A stretch of 64,000 bases of DNA from Octopus sinensis. Taxonomy: Eukaryota. The stretch spans positions 54,436,001 to 54,500,000 of the forward strand of contig NC_043002.1 of the NCBI RefSeq assembly GCF_006345805.1. The letters run 5' to 3'. Positions 12,751 to 24,299 of the stretch are shown one piece after another (the stretch's first letter is position 1; each line of letters starts with the position of its first letter). The notes under the pieces are model-generated. The model did no database searches, was not told the DNA's origin, and saw only the letters and a program-made list of their open reading frames with translations. A program made the translations under genes and the position numbers.

Positions 12751-12849
12751 TTGCACTGAGAGGTCAATATAGAAGTATGGTGTTAAGAGTACAATACATG
12801 TTTGTGCTCTTAGCATCATACTTCTATATGAGTGGACCTCTCAAGGCAG
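12751..12849 (+). ncRNA. Candidate pre-miRNA-like hairpin
   Basis: 28-bp uninterrupted stem 12767-12794/12802-12829 (three G-U pairs), 7-nt loop, lower 9-bp stem TGAGAGGTC/GACCTCTCA. Confidence 0.4.
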
Positions 12850-12878
12850 ATATTGTAGTAGTTAGTGCTTTAATAATA

Positions 12879-14093
12879 TTAGGTTTTTCCGAAAATAATG
12901 GCCAATTTCAGTAACATAATTTTATTCTGGAAAAATTAACAATAGAAATGTTTTGATTAGTCAAAGTATGAGCTGTGAACATCTATGCATCTCTGCCATC
13001 GAGCAATGAAATTATTTATGCCTCGTTGATAAAAACTCATTGGCTTTTATGCTAAGGAATCTTTGAAAGCTGATTCCACCTCTGGTTTGGACCTGAAAGT
13101 TTTATCACTTAAGAACGTGTTTAAATGCTTTAAAAATGGTAGTCAGTGGGTGAAAGATCAGGAGAATATGGAGGATGTGGTTGAGTCTCACACCCCAAGT
13201 CTGTGAATTTTTGCAGTGTCATTCTTGCAACATGTGGATATGCATTATCATGGAGCAGAATTGGGCCAAGCTGATTCACCAATGCCGGTCTCATTTGTTG
13301 CAATTGAGCATTCATTTCAGTGAGTTGATTGCAGTAAACCTCTGCAGTAATACTCTCTGGTTGGCTTCCAGAAAGCTGTAACGGACAGCATCAATTGCAG
13401 ACCACCAGACAATCACCATAATCTTTTGCTGATGCAACTTTGGCTTTGGGAAATGTTTGCAAGCCATTGACTTTTCGTCACAAGTGACTATTCAGTCAAG
13501 AAAAGGATCATTGGTGTTTCGCAGAAAGAGCATTGAGCACACTTTAAAATGCCAAACTTTTTGATTTTCGTTGAGCTCATGCAGTACCCATTTATTGATC
13601 TTTTTAACCATACCAATCTTCTGCAGATTGTGTGAGTCCATTGCAATACAAACACCAAGTGCCTGAGACATTTCTCTGACATTTTGACATGGCTTTTCTT
13701 CAACAATAGAAAGCAATTGTTTATCATCAAGACTGCATGACGGTCCTCGACCATCTTCATCTTCAAGGCTCTCATCACCACCACGGAATTTCTGAAACCA
13801 CCTTCTACTGTGCAATCACTTGTGGATCCCTCTCCCCATGCTCTGTTGATATTGGCAGCAGTTTGAGAGGCATTGTGCCCAAGCTTGAACTCATGCATGA
13901 AACGTAAGCGAAGGTCCTTTTGTGTTATGTTCATAATTAAGGGCGCCTATGCTTCAAGAATGTTTTCTGTCTGAAATAAGTAGAAAATTATTAAGTTTGT
14001 CAAAATTTACCTAAAATACAATTGAAATACTATGATAAAATTGCATTTCAAAACACAACACTTAGAGCAGCCATTATTTTCAGAACAACCCAA
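12879..14093 (-). mobile_element. Decayed full-length mariner DNA transposon (cecropia/Hsmar1-like transposase)
   Basis: TIRs TTAGGTTTTTCCGAAAATAATGGC / GCCATTATTTTCAGAACAACCCAA flanked by TA; minus-strand fragments HEFKLGHNASQTAANINRAWG, RRWFQKFRGGDESLED, KWVLHEL, LLHDNA, HPPYSPDLSPTDYHF. Confidence 0.95.
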
Positions 14094-14889
14094 TACATCC
14101 ATGTATTATTGGCTATAAAGATTGCCTTTTGCTATTAGTACTGCTTTCATAGCTATTATAGCACATGCATTGTTTGTAGTTGAGTTTATCAATAGGTCAG
14201 TGTCTTTCATCCTACTTCTGTAACCTTCTCAATAAGTTTCTTGAATCTGTTTTGGCTTTTGTGATGTGATGTTTGGTCCTTATACATTAAATTTATCCCT
14301 CTCATTTCATTTATATTTTACTTGCAGCCTTACATGGCATTGCCTGGGTTCACTTATTCATGATGTTCCCATATGCGAAATTTCAGATACCTAGGTGCAA
14401 AACAGTGGTCTACAATTTGGAACATAGTTATACACAAACCTGCATGCACTCACATATATGCACACACAAATTCAGTATATTTTTGATAACTTCCTTGCCA
14501 CAAATATTGCTCATTATCTGCAGATTGTCTAAGAATATTGTGTGTGCATGTGTATAAGTAAATTTCTTTGTGATGTTCATTCACCATAACATATGTATGT
14601 ATGGATGTTTATATATTTGTTTTTCTCTGAGTTTTATTGAAGTTCTTGAGAGAGTTCAAGCGAGTTACTAACATAATCACGAGACCTTTTGAGTTAGGAG
14701 AGTTCCCAGTGTTTGTAAATATTTGGTTGAGTTGGTGTGTTGGTTGAATTGTCGTTGCATATACTCAAATGTGCGCATATATTCACATAAGAACCTCAGA
14801 CATATGTATGCATATATGTATGTATATATACATAAGAAGAGATCTGTATCCATGCATAGATCTAAATCTATTTTTGTACTGATTCCCAA

Positions 14890-15150
14890 TATATCAGCAT
14901 ATAATTCAGTATGGGAGAAGCCGAGATCCTCTTGTAATCTAATTTTCGTTACTGCCACTGAGAAATTTTGATGAACATAGCTAAACATACCCACTGACTG
15001 GAATTCTTGTGATAAACACATTCTTGCCAGTAGTATATTCTGTCAGTTTTGTTGCTTTAGTTAAATGTGATATTAGTTGTTTGACTACTAACTTTGTACC
15101 ATTCCACAAACGTGGAGCATCCAAGTTCCTAAGAAGAATTTCTTGATAAT
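14890..15150 (-). mobile_element. Helitron RepHel (Pif1-like helicase) C-terminal fragment
   Basis: LLRNLDAPRLWNGTKLVV...GKNVFITRIP matches the LLRNL..LCNGTRL..G..VFIPRI motif; GFSHTELY matches FSHGQLY. Confidence 0.75.
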
Positions 15151-16337
15151 TCATGTGTGTGTGTGTGTGTGTGTGTGCGTGTGTGTGTGCGTGTGTGTGT
15201 GTGTGTACATATTGCTTGCTTCGCCGTAAATTTGCGACGTACAAGCGATGCTGTTGTTGTCAACATATCCGCTCAATTCGCCATTTCAGTGCTATGCTAC
15301 GTGGAATAAGGCACCTGACTGTAAAACAATGCCTCAATTCGTCTAACCCATGCAAGCATGAAAAGACGGATGCAAACCGCACGATAATACATTCATATGT
15401 GCATAAGTATGTATCGATGCTACTATAGTATGCAGTCTACTTCGAGCCAGTGGAACTAAAATGAAAGTAATAATTAAAAAACACAACACACGAAGCTGAA
15501 ACAACCGAGCAGATAAATCCCTGTCGCCCAAAATAAAAAAGAACATAGGTAATGTAGTTTTGTATTCCCTGCATATCGAAAAAGATGGGATAACCACATC
15601 CGGAATGTCCTGTATCATATGTCATCTCAGTCAGAACCTTGATCGTTAAACAATGATCATTTAATATATATCCGTTACTATGATAAAACAAAAGTATGGA
15701 ATTTAAAAACAAATAATTATTGTATAAAAGCTTTTCCTGCTATACACTCGGTATTTTTGAAATGTCATAAATAAATCACCTACATTTTTTCTTGACGTTC
15801 TCTAGCGAATATAATCAAGATGTAATTGAAACAGCTCACTGCTAAAGCATCTATTTTTTTCTCTTTTTTTAGAATATGTATCACTGAGCCTTGATAGTTC
15901 AATCTCCTGCATATTTATTTTTGTCAATGGATTTACATAATTATCTTGGTGTCTTACCGTTAAATGGTAAATCAATGGCATTTAGATTCCCACATGTAGG
16001 CGAATTATCTTAACCACTGTATCAGTTTTACATCTTCTAAATGATTGGGATTAGAGCTTTCCTGTTATGCCGTTGCATCTAAAAAAATATGGACAGCCAG
16101 AAGCTTGCTTGAGACCAAACCCCATAAGGTCCATTAATATTACATCAGTGTCTCTTGTTTTGTACAACTGCATCATTACCTTAGGTGAAAGGAATTCTCT
16201 GCTGACCAGCAAATCTTGCCTGAGTCGTTTGGATGGGGGTTACCTCAGCGCCAACCACCTTACCACATGCACGATAAGAAACGATGGTGTTAAAAAAACT
16301 CTCAGCATCCGTACCAGTTCATTATACTATTAAAAGT

Positions 16338-16595
16338 AAGGCGGCGAGCTGGCAGAGTCGTTAGCACGCCGAGCTCAAATTCTGAGTTCAAATTCCGTCG
16401 AGGTCGACTTTGCCTTTCATCCTTTCGGGGTCGATCAAATAAGTACCAGTTACGCACTGGGGTCGATGTAATCGACTTAATCCGTTTGTCTGTCCTTGTT
16501 TGTCCTCTCTGTGTTTAGCCCCTTGTGGGTAGTAAAGAAATAGGTATTTCGTCTGTCTTTACGTTTACGTTCTGAATTGAAATTTCGCCGAGGTA
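16338..16595 (+). mobile_element. SINE family A plus truncated second unit
   Basis: AAGGCGGCGAGCTGGCAG...GAGGTCGACTTTGCCTTTCATCCTTTCGGGGTCGAT...GTAGTAAAGAAATAGGTATTTCG. Confidence 0.92.
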
Positions 16596-17443
16596 GGGAT
16601 GGGAAAGGGTATTGAGTGTTTCTTTAAGAACATTTTTTTTTAAAATTCACAGATTCCTAATCTCTGTATTTTTCTACGTGGATTTTAAATAATTGAAAAA
16701 AGTTTAAAATTATAAAATTGGGGTGGGAGGAAGGAAATTAAAATTTCGAAAACGTGATTTTTGGCCAAAATCATATTCCCGTATATCGAAAATCCGAAGA
16801 AATTTAAGAAAAAAAAAAAAAGAAGCGGAATGGGTGATACGGCAAATGTGCCAATAATTGTGCCAAAAAACATGGTTTTTGGTCATTTACCGTTGACAAA
16901 TAGGGTTTTGTGCATCACAAATGCACTCATAACATTCTTTGTACATTGCTGCATTTTTTGATAACAAAAACATTAAAACTGGCAACGTAAATTAGAAGAA
17001 AATCAGAATATTGCCCCAAAATCACCTAAAAATTTTGCGACCTGCCCTCGTTTTCGAGGTTATTTATGTAGTAAAAAAGAGTTGTGCAAAAAAACATATT
17101 TTATTTGATAGCCGAAAGATTACTGAACCTTTTGATACCTCATACGTCCAAATGAACGATTCAGTTTTCGAATACATAAGGAACATAAGCACCACACACA
17201 CACACACATACACTTTTATAGATATAGATAGATATATGTATAGTGATATATTTATGTATATATATATATGTATAGTTATATTTATGCATATATACGTATA
17301 GTGATATATATGTATGCATATATAGTGATATATATATATATAAATATATATATATATATGGGGTTCGAATGTCCTGTCCATGTTTATTGTATCGTCTTCT
17401 ATGAGTTATACGTTCTTGTCCATGTTGTATTTTTCTACATACC

Positions 17444-17512
<69 letters not shown>

Positions 17513-17609
17513 GGAATTTACAAAAAAAAAAAACAAAAGCAAAAGACGAAGACAGGTGTGTAAACAATAAACAGGTGTATTAGTTTAACGCTCGGGAACA
17601 TGAGAAAGT

Positions 17610-17645
17610 CTTTTACGTTTCGAGCCTACGCTCTTCAACAGAAAG
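17610..17645 (-). ncRNA. 36-nt ultra-minimal hammerhead motif (core variant)
   Basis: Minus strand CTTT-CTGTTGA-A-GAGCgtagGCTC-GAAA-CG-TA-AAAG; 4-bp stems I and II; A6>T and one extra A in the core. Confidence 0.6.
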
Positions 17646-17916
17646 GAACACGATAAAATAAACAGAGAGAGAATTAAAAAAAAACACAGTGACTAACGGT
17701 CGATCATATAATGAAGAAGTAATGTGACAATGCATTACGGAGCATATATTACAAACAATTAACAATTATTTATGAATCTATCAATGGCCAAACATATTAT
17801 CATAAAATACATAGAATCACCGGGTATGAATTGGGAAAATTAGATGATTAAAAAGTAATGTAATAATACATTACGGAGGATATATTATAAACAATTAATA
17901 ATTATTTATGAATATA

Positions 17917-18328
17917 GGCGCAGGAGTGGCTGTGTGGTAAGTAGCTTGCTAACCAACCACATGGTTCCGGGTTCAGTCCCACTGCGTGGCATCTTGGGCA
18001 AGTGTCTTCTGCTATAGCCCCGGGCGGACCAATGCCTTGTGAGTGGATTTGGTAGACGGAAACTGAAAGAAGCCTGTCGTATATATGTATATATATATAT
18101 ATGTGTATGTGTGTGTGTTTGTGTGTCTGTCCCCCTAGCATTGCTTGACAACCGATGCTGGCGTGTTTACGTCCCCGTCACTTAGCGGTTCGGCAAAAGA
18201 GACCGATAGAATAAGTACTGGGCTTACAAAGAATAAGTCCCGGGGTTGATTTGCTCGACTAAAGGCGGTGCTCCAGCATGGCCACAGTAAAATGACTGAA
18301 ACAAGTAAAAGAGTAAAGAGTAAAGAGT
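17917..18328 (+). mobile_element. SINE family B (tRNA-like head, CORE-like box, internal microsatellite, (AGAGTAA)n tail)
   Basis: GGCGCAGGAGTGGCTGTGTGGTAAG..GGTTCCGGGTTCAGTCCC (A/B-box-like), CTTGGGCAAGTGTCTT, (TA)(TG) tract, GGTGCTCCAGCATGGCC..TGACTGAAACAAGTAAAAGAGTAAAGAG. Confidence 0.92.
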
Positions 18329-18344
18329 AATATCAATGGCCAAA

Positions 18345-18430
18345 CATGTAAAGACTACTTTCTCTGTTAGGCTTCCAGTGATACTACTCCACCTCTTATG
18401 TGTCAATAGCTTGCACTGGGTGCATCTTGT
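18345..18430 (-). mobile_element. Short RTE fragment, inverted relative to 19869-19952
   Basis: THKRWSSITGSLTEKVVFTC vs THKRCSGITGRLTETVVFTC. Confidence 0.85.
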
Positions 18431-18837
18431 GTACGACTTTGCGGTGGCTCGAATTTACCGGTCTTTTCTCATAAACGCTGTACATATTCAAAACTTGAAT
18501 ATGTAGATAGAGGTTGACACATTTCTTTTGCCTGTCGGGATACATGTTAGCCCCGAGGTAAGGTCTTGTATTGATTTCTATCTATAGGAATATTCCCCTG
18601 TCGAGACGAATGGATCCCTTAATAGGTCTCTAACGTCGAAATTGCAATAGGGAATTAACCAGTTATTTTTAAGATGTGGATTCTATTTGTCATGTCGCCC
18701 GCAGACAGCTTTTATCGTATAGAGAAATAATATGAGTGATAAAAATGGCTTTATAGCGGTTTTGACTGCTATTTCTAAACATGTAAGGGTTCTGAAACAT
18801 TCTTAGTTATAATTGTGATTTGTTCATAATTATAAAC

Positions 18838-18921
18838 ATCTTCTTCTTCTTCTTCTTCTTCTTCTTCTTCTTCTTCTTCTTCTTCTTCTTCTTCTTCTTC
18901 TTCTTCTTCTTCTCTTTTATA

Positions 18922-19012
<91 letters not shown>
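18838..19012. repeat. Compound microsatellite (CTT)n(TA)n(TG)n
   Basis: Direct reading. Confidence 0.97.
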
Positions 19013-19014
<2 letters not shown>

Positions 19015-20918
19015 GAAAGCTTGCTAAATGTAGAGAATGCATGGGAGAAGGAGAGCCTGACTAATGTGGATTCAACAGTGGGGCCGGCTATCCGAATCAA
19101 CAATGTCTTAGTAAAGTAGTTAAGGATCTGAAGACGGAAAGCCTCCGACCCCTTAGGTTTCACTGCTGAGATGCTCAAAATATCTGTCAGAGTGGGATCT
19201 GACTTGGTCACCCGTATAGTGATGAAAGTTGCAGAAAGGGTCATAGCTCAATTAATTAGGAAGAGAGTTAGCACAGATGAGATGCAGTTTTGTTTTGTGC
19301 CAGTGAGAAGCACCACCGATGCTATCTTCCCGGTGAGGCAACTATAGGAGAAATACTTGACCAAAAATAAACTTCTGTATCTGGATTTTGTTGACACGGA
19401 GAAAGCCTTTGACAGAATCCCCCGATCCCTTATCTGGTGGGCAACGCGGAAGCTAGGGATAGATGAGTTGTTAGTGAGAGCTGTACAAGCCATGTACAGG
19501 GATCCTGTCTGTAAGGTGAGAGTCGCCAATGAGTATAACAAGGAGTTTAGTGTACAAGTAGGAGTCCGCCAAGGATTGGTTTTTAGCCCCGTCTTGTTCA
19601 TCATGGCCATCCTCGCTATAACCGAGGAATTTAAGACTGGCTGCCCTTGGGAGCCCCTCTATGCCGATGACCTTGTTCTTATTGTTGAATCACTACCAGA
19701 ACTAGAGAAGAAATTTCAGGTATGGAAGTACGGACTATATTCAAAGGGCCTTAGAGTTAATTTAGCAAAAACCAAAGTATTAATAAGTAGGAAAACAAAC
19801 AAATCACATATCTCTTCAGGGAGATGGCTCTGCTCGATATGTAGAAAAGGTGTTGGTAGAAATTCCATAAGATGCACCCAGTGCATGTTATTGACACATA
19901 AGAGGTGTAGCGGTATCACTGGAAGACTAACAGAGACAGTAGTCTTTACATGTGGCAGATGTGCAGGTGCATTAAACACCAAGAATGTACAAAATCAAAA
20001 AAATGCTCTCTCAAATGTCAGTGGTGATCCTTATAAGTAGTAGACAGTTTCCCTTATTTAGTCGACCAAATTAGTAGTTGGGGAGGCTGTACTGAAAGCA
20101 TAGCTGCTAGAATAAGAATAGGCTGGGCAAAGTTCAGAGAGTTACTACCTCTGTTAGTAACGAAGGGCCTCTCTCTCAGAGTAAAATGCAGATTGTATGA
20201 TGCCTGTGTACGAACAGCTATGCTACATGGCTGTGAGATATGGGCTGTGACTAGAGGACATGCGAGGGCTTGAAAGAAATGAAGCCAGTATGGATAATGT
20301 CAGCGTGCATATAGGACAGAGTGTAATTGATTTGAGAGAAAAACTGGTATACGAGGCATTTGATAGAACGTGCAAGAAAGAAAACTGCGTTGGTACGGCT
20401 ATGCAATGCGTATGGATGAAGGTATCTACATCAAGAGGTGCCAATTTCAAATTGTAGAGGGAACATGTGGAAGGGTAGACCTAGGACGATGTGGAACGAA
20501 GTGGTGAGAAAGGATCTACGGATGTTGGGACTCACAGAGGGGATGACTGTGGATCGAGATTCCTGGCGGTTTGCTGTGCTTGAAAAGACACGTCAACTTA
20601 AGTAAAAAGCGTGGGTGTCCTTGCATGCAGGCTGTCCTCTGCATCCTTTGCCAGTTGAACATTCCTAACCTTGCGGGCTCGTGGGCGCTGGTGTCACGTA
20701 AAAAGCACTAGTACAGATGCCACGTAAACGTACTCGTGCCGGTGCTGGGTAAAAGCACCCACCACATTCCGTAAAGTGGTTGGCGTTAGGAAGGGCATTC
20801 AGTCGTAGAAACCATGCCTAAACAGATATGTAGCCAGGCAGCCCTTCAGCTGGCCAGCTCCAGTTAAACTGTTCAACCCATACCAGCATGGAAAATGGAC
20901 GATAGATGATAATGATGA
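19013..20918 (+). mobile_element. Second decayed, 5'-truncated RTE LINE of the same family, with 3' UTR
   Basis: ORF 19357-20040: LDFVDTEKAFDRIP, GVRQGLVFSPVLF, LYADDLVL, GLRVNLAKTK; nucleotide similarity to 5900-7300; (GAT)n-like tail. Confidence 0.93.
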
Positions 20919-20937
20919 CTTCTCTCTCACTCTCTTT

Positions 20938-20998
<61 letters not shown>

Positions 20999-21379
20999 AA
21001 TTGAGATAGGGGTTGTAAATGCAACCCTCCATGGGATAACATATATCCAATATACTGCTAGTGAAGTACCCAACAAAGTTAATACATAAATGTTAAGAAT
21101 TGCGATGCAATTAATTCATTTACTGTATTATATGGGCAAAAGTAAAATGTTTTACCACAAATTAATAACACAAAATAAGAAAATGGAGAAATACATCTAA
21201 ATCAATTATCAACTACCAGATAATACCCAATCACATAATTTATTAAACCACTACATATGAACATTAAGGTCAAACATAATAATATAGAACAAAACAGTGT
21301 ACATAAAGGAGTAATATGATACAATAAGTACAGTATGTATAAGTGAATATAAATAAATATAAATATAAATATAAACTAC

Positions 21380-21506
21380 ATCTTACAGCTGTTTCGGCCA
21401 TGCAGATATGGGTGTCTCATTTTGCTCATATTAGCCATGTGTGATAGGTCAATATGTAGTTATAAATGAGACACTTACAAAAATATCCCAAGGCCTCTTC
21501 GGAGAT
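21380..21506 (-). ncRNA. Type I hammerhead motif with ~100-nt stem II
   Basis: Minus strand ATCT-CCGAAGA-GGCC[long hairpin incl. GTGTCTCATTT/AAATGAGACAC]GGCC-GAAA-CAGCTG-TA-AGAT; stem III palindrome ACAGCTGT; GUA triplet. Confidence 0.75.
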
Positions 21507-21734
21507 TATGAAATGCAAGCTAAATTAAATTAAATATGAATATCAGGGGAGGTACACCCATACAAGGGTGGGTACATACCCATAATATATCATATACACA
21601 TACATATGAGTGCATATACTCATACTCCTATACATATATATATACATATACATAATAATATAAATCAATATACATACATATGTTCCATATTCACTGTTAC
21701 AGTTTTTAACTTATTTCTCCATTTTCTTATTTTG

Positions 21735-21796
<62 letters not shown>

Positions 21797-21850
21797 GTGA
21801 ATGGAAGAAATGGAGTTGAACGAAGATTGTACAGAATTACTTTTATTACA

Positions 21851-21932
21851 TTCTACACGTGTTTCAAAGGCCACAATTTTCCAAATTCTGATTAAATAAG
21901 GATACCATATTGCAGAGCTTTCTCTTCAGGAA
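21851..21932 (-). ncRNA. Type I hammerhead motif
   Basis: Minus strand TTC-CTGAAGA-G-AAAG..CTGCAAT/ATTGTGG..CTTT-GAAA-CACGTG-TA-GAA; palindrome ACACGTGT; GUA triplet. Confidence 0.72.
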
Positions 21933-22408
21933 AAACCAGGAATTACGTTGTCAGAACAAAACAAAACAGAGGCGCAGCAAAGCAATTCGAACGAGGACGC
22001 TCCTTAAGAGCCCATGGGTAAACTGTTTATCAATGTACGTTGAAATCGGGGGGTTGGTGGGCGCCGGCAAAAGGTCCGTTGGAGTAAATCCAGGTCAGGC
22101 CGCGGTCAAATCTAGTAGGTGAGGAATTAATGAGAACAAGGGGTGTGGAGATGTTCTGTGTGACCAAAACTAATGTTCTGAATATTTTAAGAATACAGGG
22201 TGTATTTTTTAGGTGCGAGACAAAACCTGCCTAAAAGCATGTATGTGTATACTAGCCTATGTGTGCGCCGCCGTATGTTGGCGAGGGGCGCTAGATAATG
22301 AGCACTGCTGAAAAAAGCCTGTCAGGTGGCTGAAATAATTCTGTGTTCGTGTGTTCGTCTGTGGCCCGTATAATCCGTAACAAGAAAATTCATCTTTCCA
22401 TTTCAACA

Positions 22409-22487
<79 letters not shown>

Positions 22488-22746
22488 GAAGATTGAAAAG
22501 GATCACACGAGTTGATATGTATAAGGAAAAGAAGACAAGATAGAAAATGCTCAAATAATTTCATCATGAAGAACATTTTAGTACCGGTTTCAGTCATTGC
22601 GACTTTTTTCAACTTAGAGTAATGCATGAAAAACAATTAAATTATGGAAAAATTAAATGAAAATTTTTTTAAAAATATTTCCATAGTTTTCAAATGCAAA
22701 GGACATTTTCCTTTTTTCTGTCTGTCTCTGTCTCTCTTTTTTACTC

Positions 22747-22785
<39 letters not shown>

Positions 22786-24299
22786 AACATAAATGTGTGT
22801 GTTTGTGTAACTGGGTAGTCAGCAGTGGGAAAGCCGCACTGATGGAATTTTTCTAGTTAATTGAGAGTGGTGGGAGGAAGAAAGTTATTCTCGGAGTGAT
22901 CCCAGTGTAGTTGTGATGTTTGAAAAAAGGAACTATTAATAAAGCTATTGATATTGAGCAAATAGAAGACATATATATATATATATAATGAGAGATAAAA
23001 ATAAAGATAGATAAAAATACGATGCGAGAAATACTGGAGGGTGAATGTACAGTATAGAGGGAGGGGGAAATGGAAGGCAGGGAGTAAGAGTGAATGATTG
23101 AGAAGTTAAGGAAGGTCGTGGATTTGACTTCATGGGATGGAACAGGTGGGTGAGGTTTGGCAGGGAAAAAAGATAAAAATTGAAGCGAAGAAGAAGAAGA
23201 AGATGAATTAAAATGAAGTAATAAAATATAGAAAAAAATGAAAGCGAAAATAAGTTAAGGAAGACGCTGAAATAAAAAGATATTTGGAGAAAAGTATGAA
23301 ATGGGAAAAATAAAAATTTTATACTAGAAATAGATAAAACACGAAAAACAAAACACATACACAGACACGCGCGCGCGCACGCACACACACACACACACAC
23401 AATGCTGTAGGTTGTAGGAGGTCAGTTTTAAATGGAAGATGCAATGGAATCGGAGTTCAAAATAGGGGCTGGAAATAACTTTACCAATTTCACTCAGAGC
23501 CGTCCCGGGACAATAGTAGAAGATACTTGTTCAAGGTGCCGTATAGTGGGACTGAACCCAGAACCACGTGATTATAAAGTAAGCTCTTTAACCGCACACA
23601 CGCGCACACAAATATATATACCTTTTATCTTTTATTTGCTCCAGTCAGTGGACTGTGGCCATGCTGGGGCACTACCTTGAAAGATTTTAGTCGAATGAAC
23701 CGATCACAGTACTTATATTTTGACAGCCCTATATTTATTCAATCAGTCTCTTTTATCGAGCCGCTAAGTTACGGAGATACAAACAAACCAACAGCGATTG
23801 GGGAACTAAGACATACACATAGACACACACACTCACACACGCGCACACATTTGTCTACCATGAACGAACAAAGTATACTGCGTATAATTTTCAAGAGAAT
23901 TTTTTGTTAAAACTTTATTGTATGTTTTATTTACTTGTTAATTAACGCACACCTCATTCAGAGGTAACTCATGCCCCATCAAAATACTGTCATACTCTAT
24001 ACTGTGGAGCGTGCGGCCCATTTCAAGAAACACAAACATGAAGCCCCCACTTCAGATGCTCGCTTGTAATTTTTATTTAGATTAGATTTGCTTTTATTGA
24101 GTAAAAGTATGATCGAGGTTATTCTGCAATAATCCAGGATTTGTGTAGGCACACTGAACCCAGGATCGTATTATTTAAGGTATCCTTTTGCAGGACGAAA
24201 GAACGTTATTTGAAGGAGATTAGTCTACTGTATCAAGCGAGTCGTGGGATATCGTAGAGGCGCCCTCATTAGTTCACGTTGAAGAAGTTTTCACTCTTG

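Noticed and set aside
22250-22390. Possible GIY-YIG relic upstream of the 21851 hammerhead (DYTGHRRTHEHR, minus)
   Set aside because: Resemblance too short and gapped to support.
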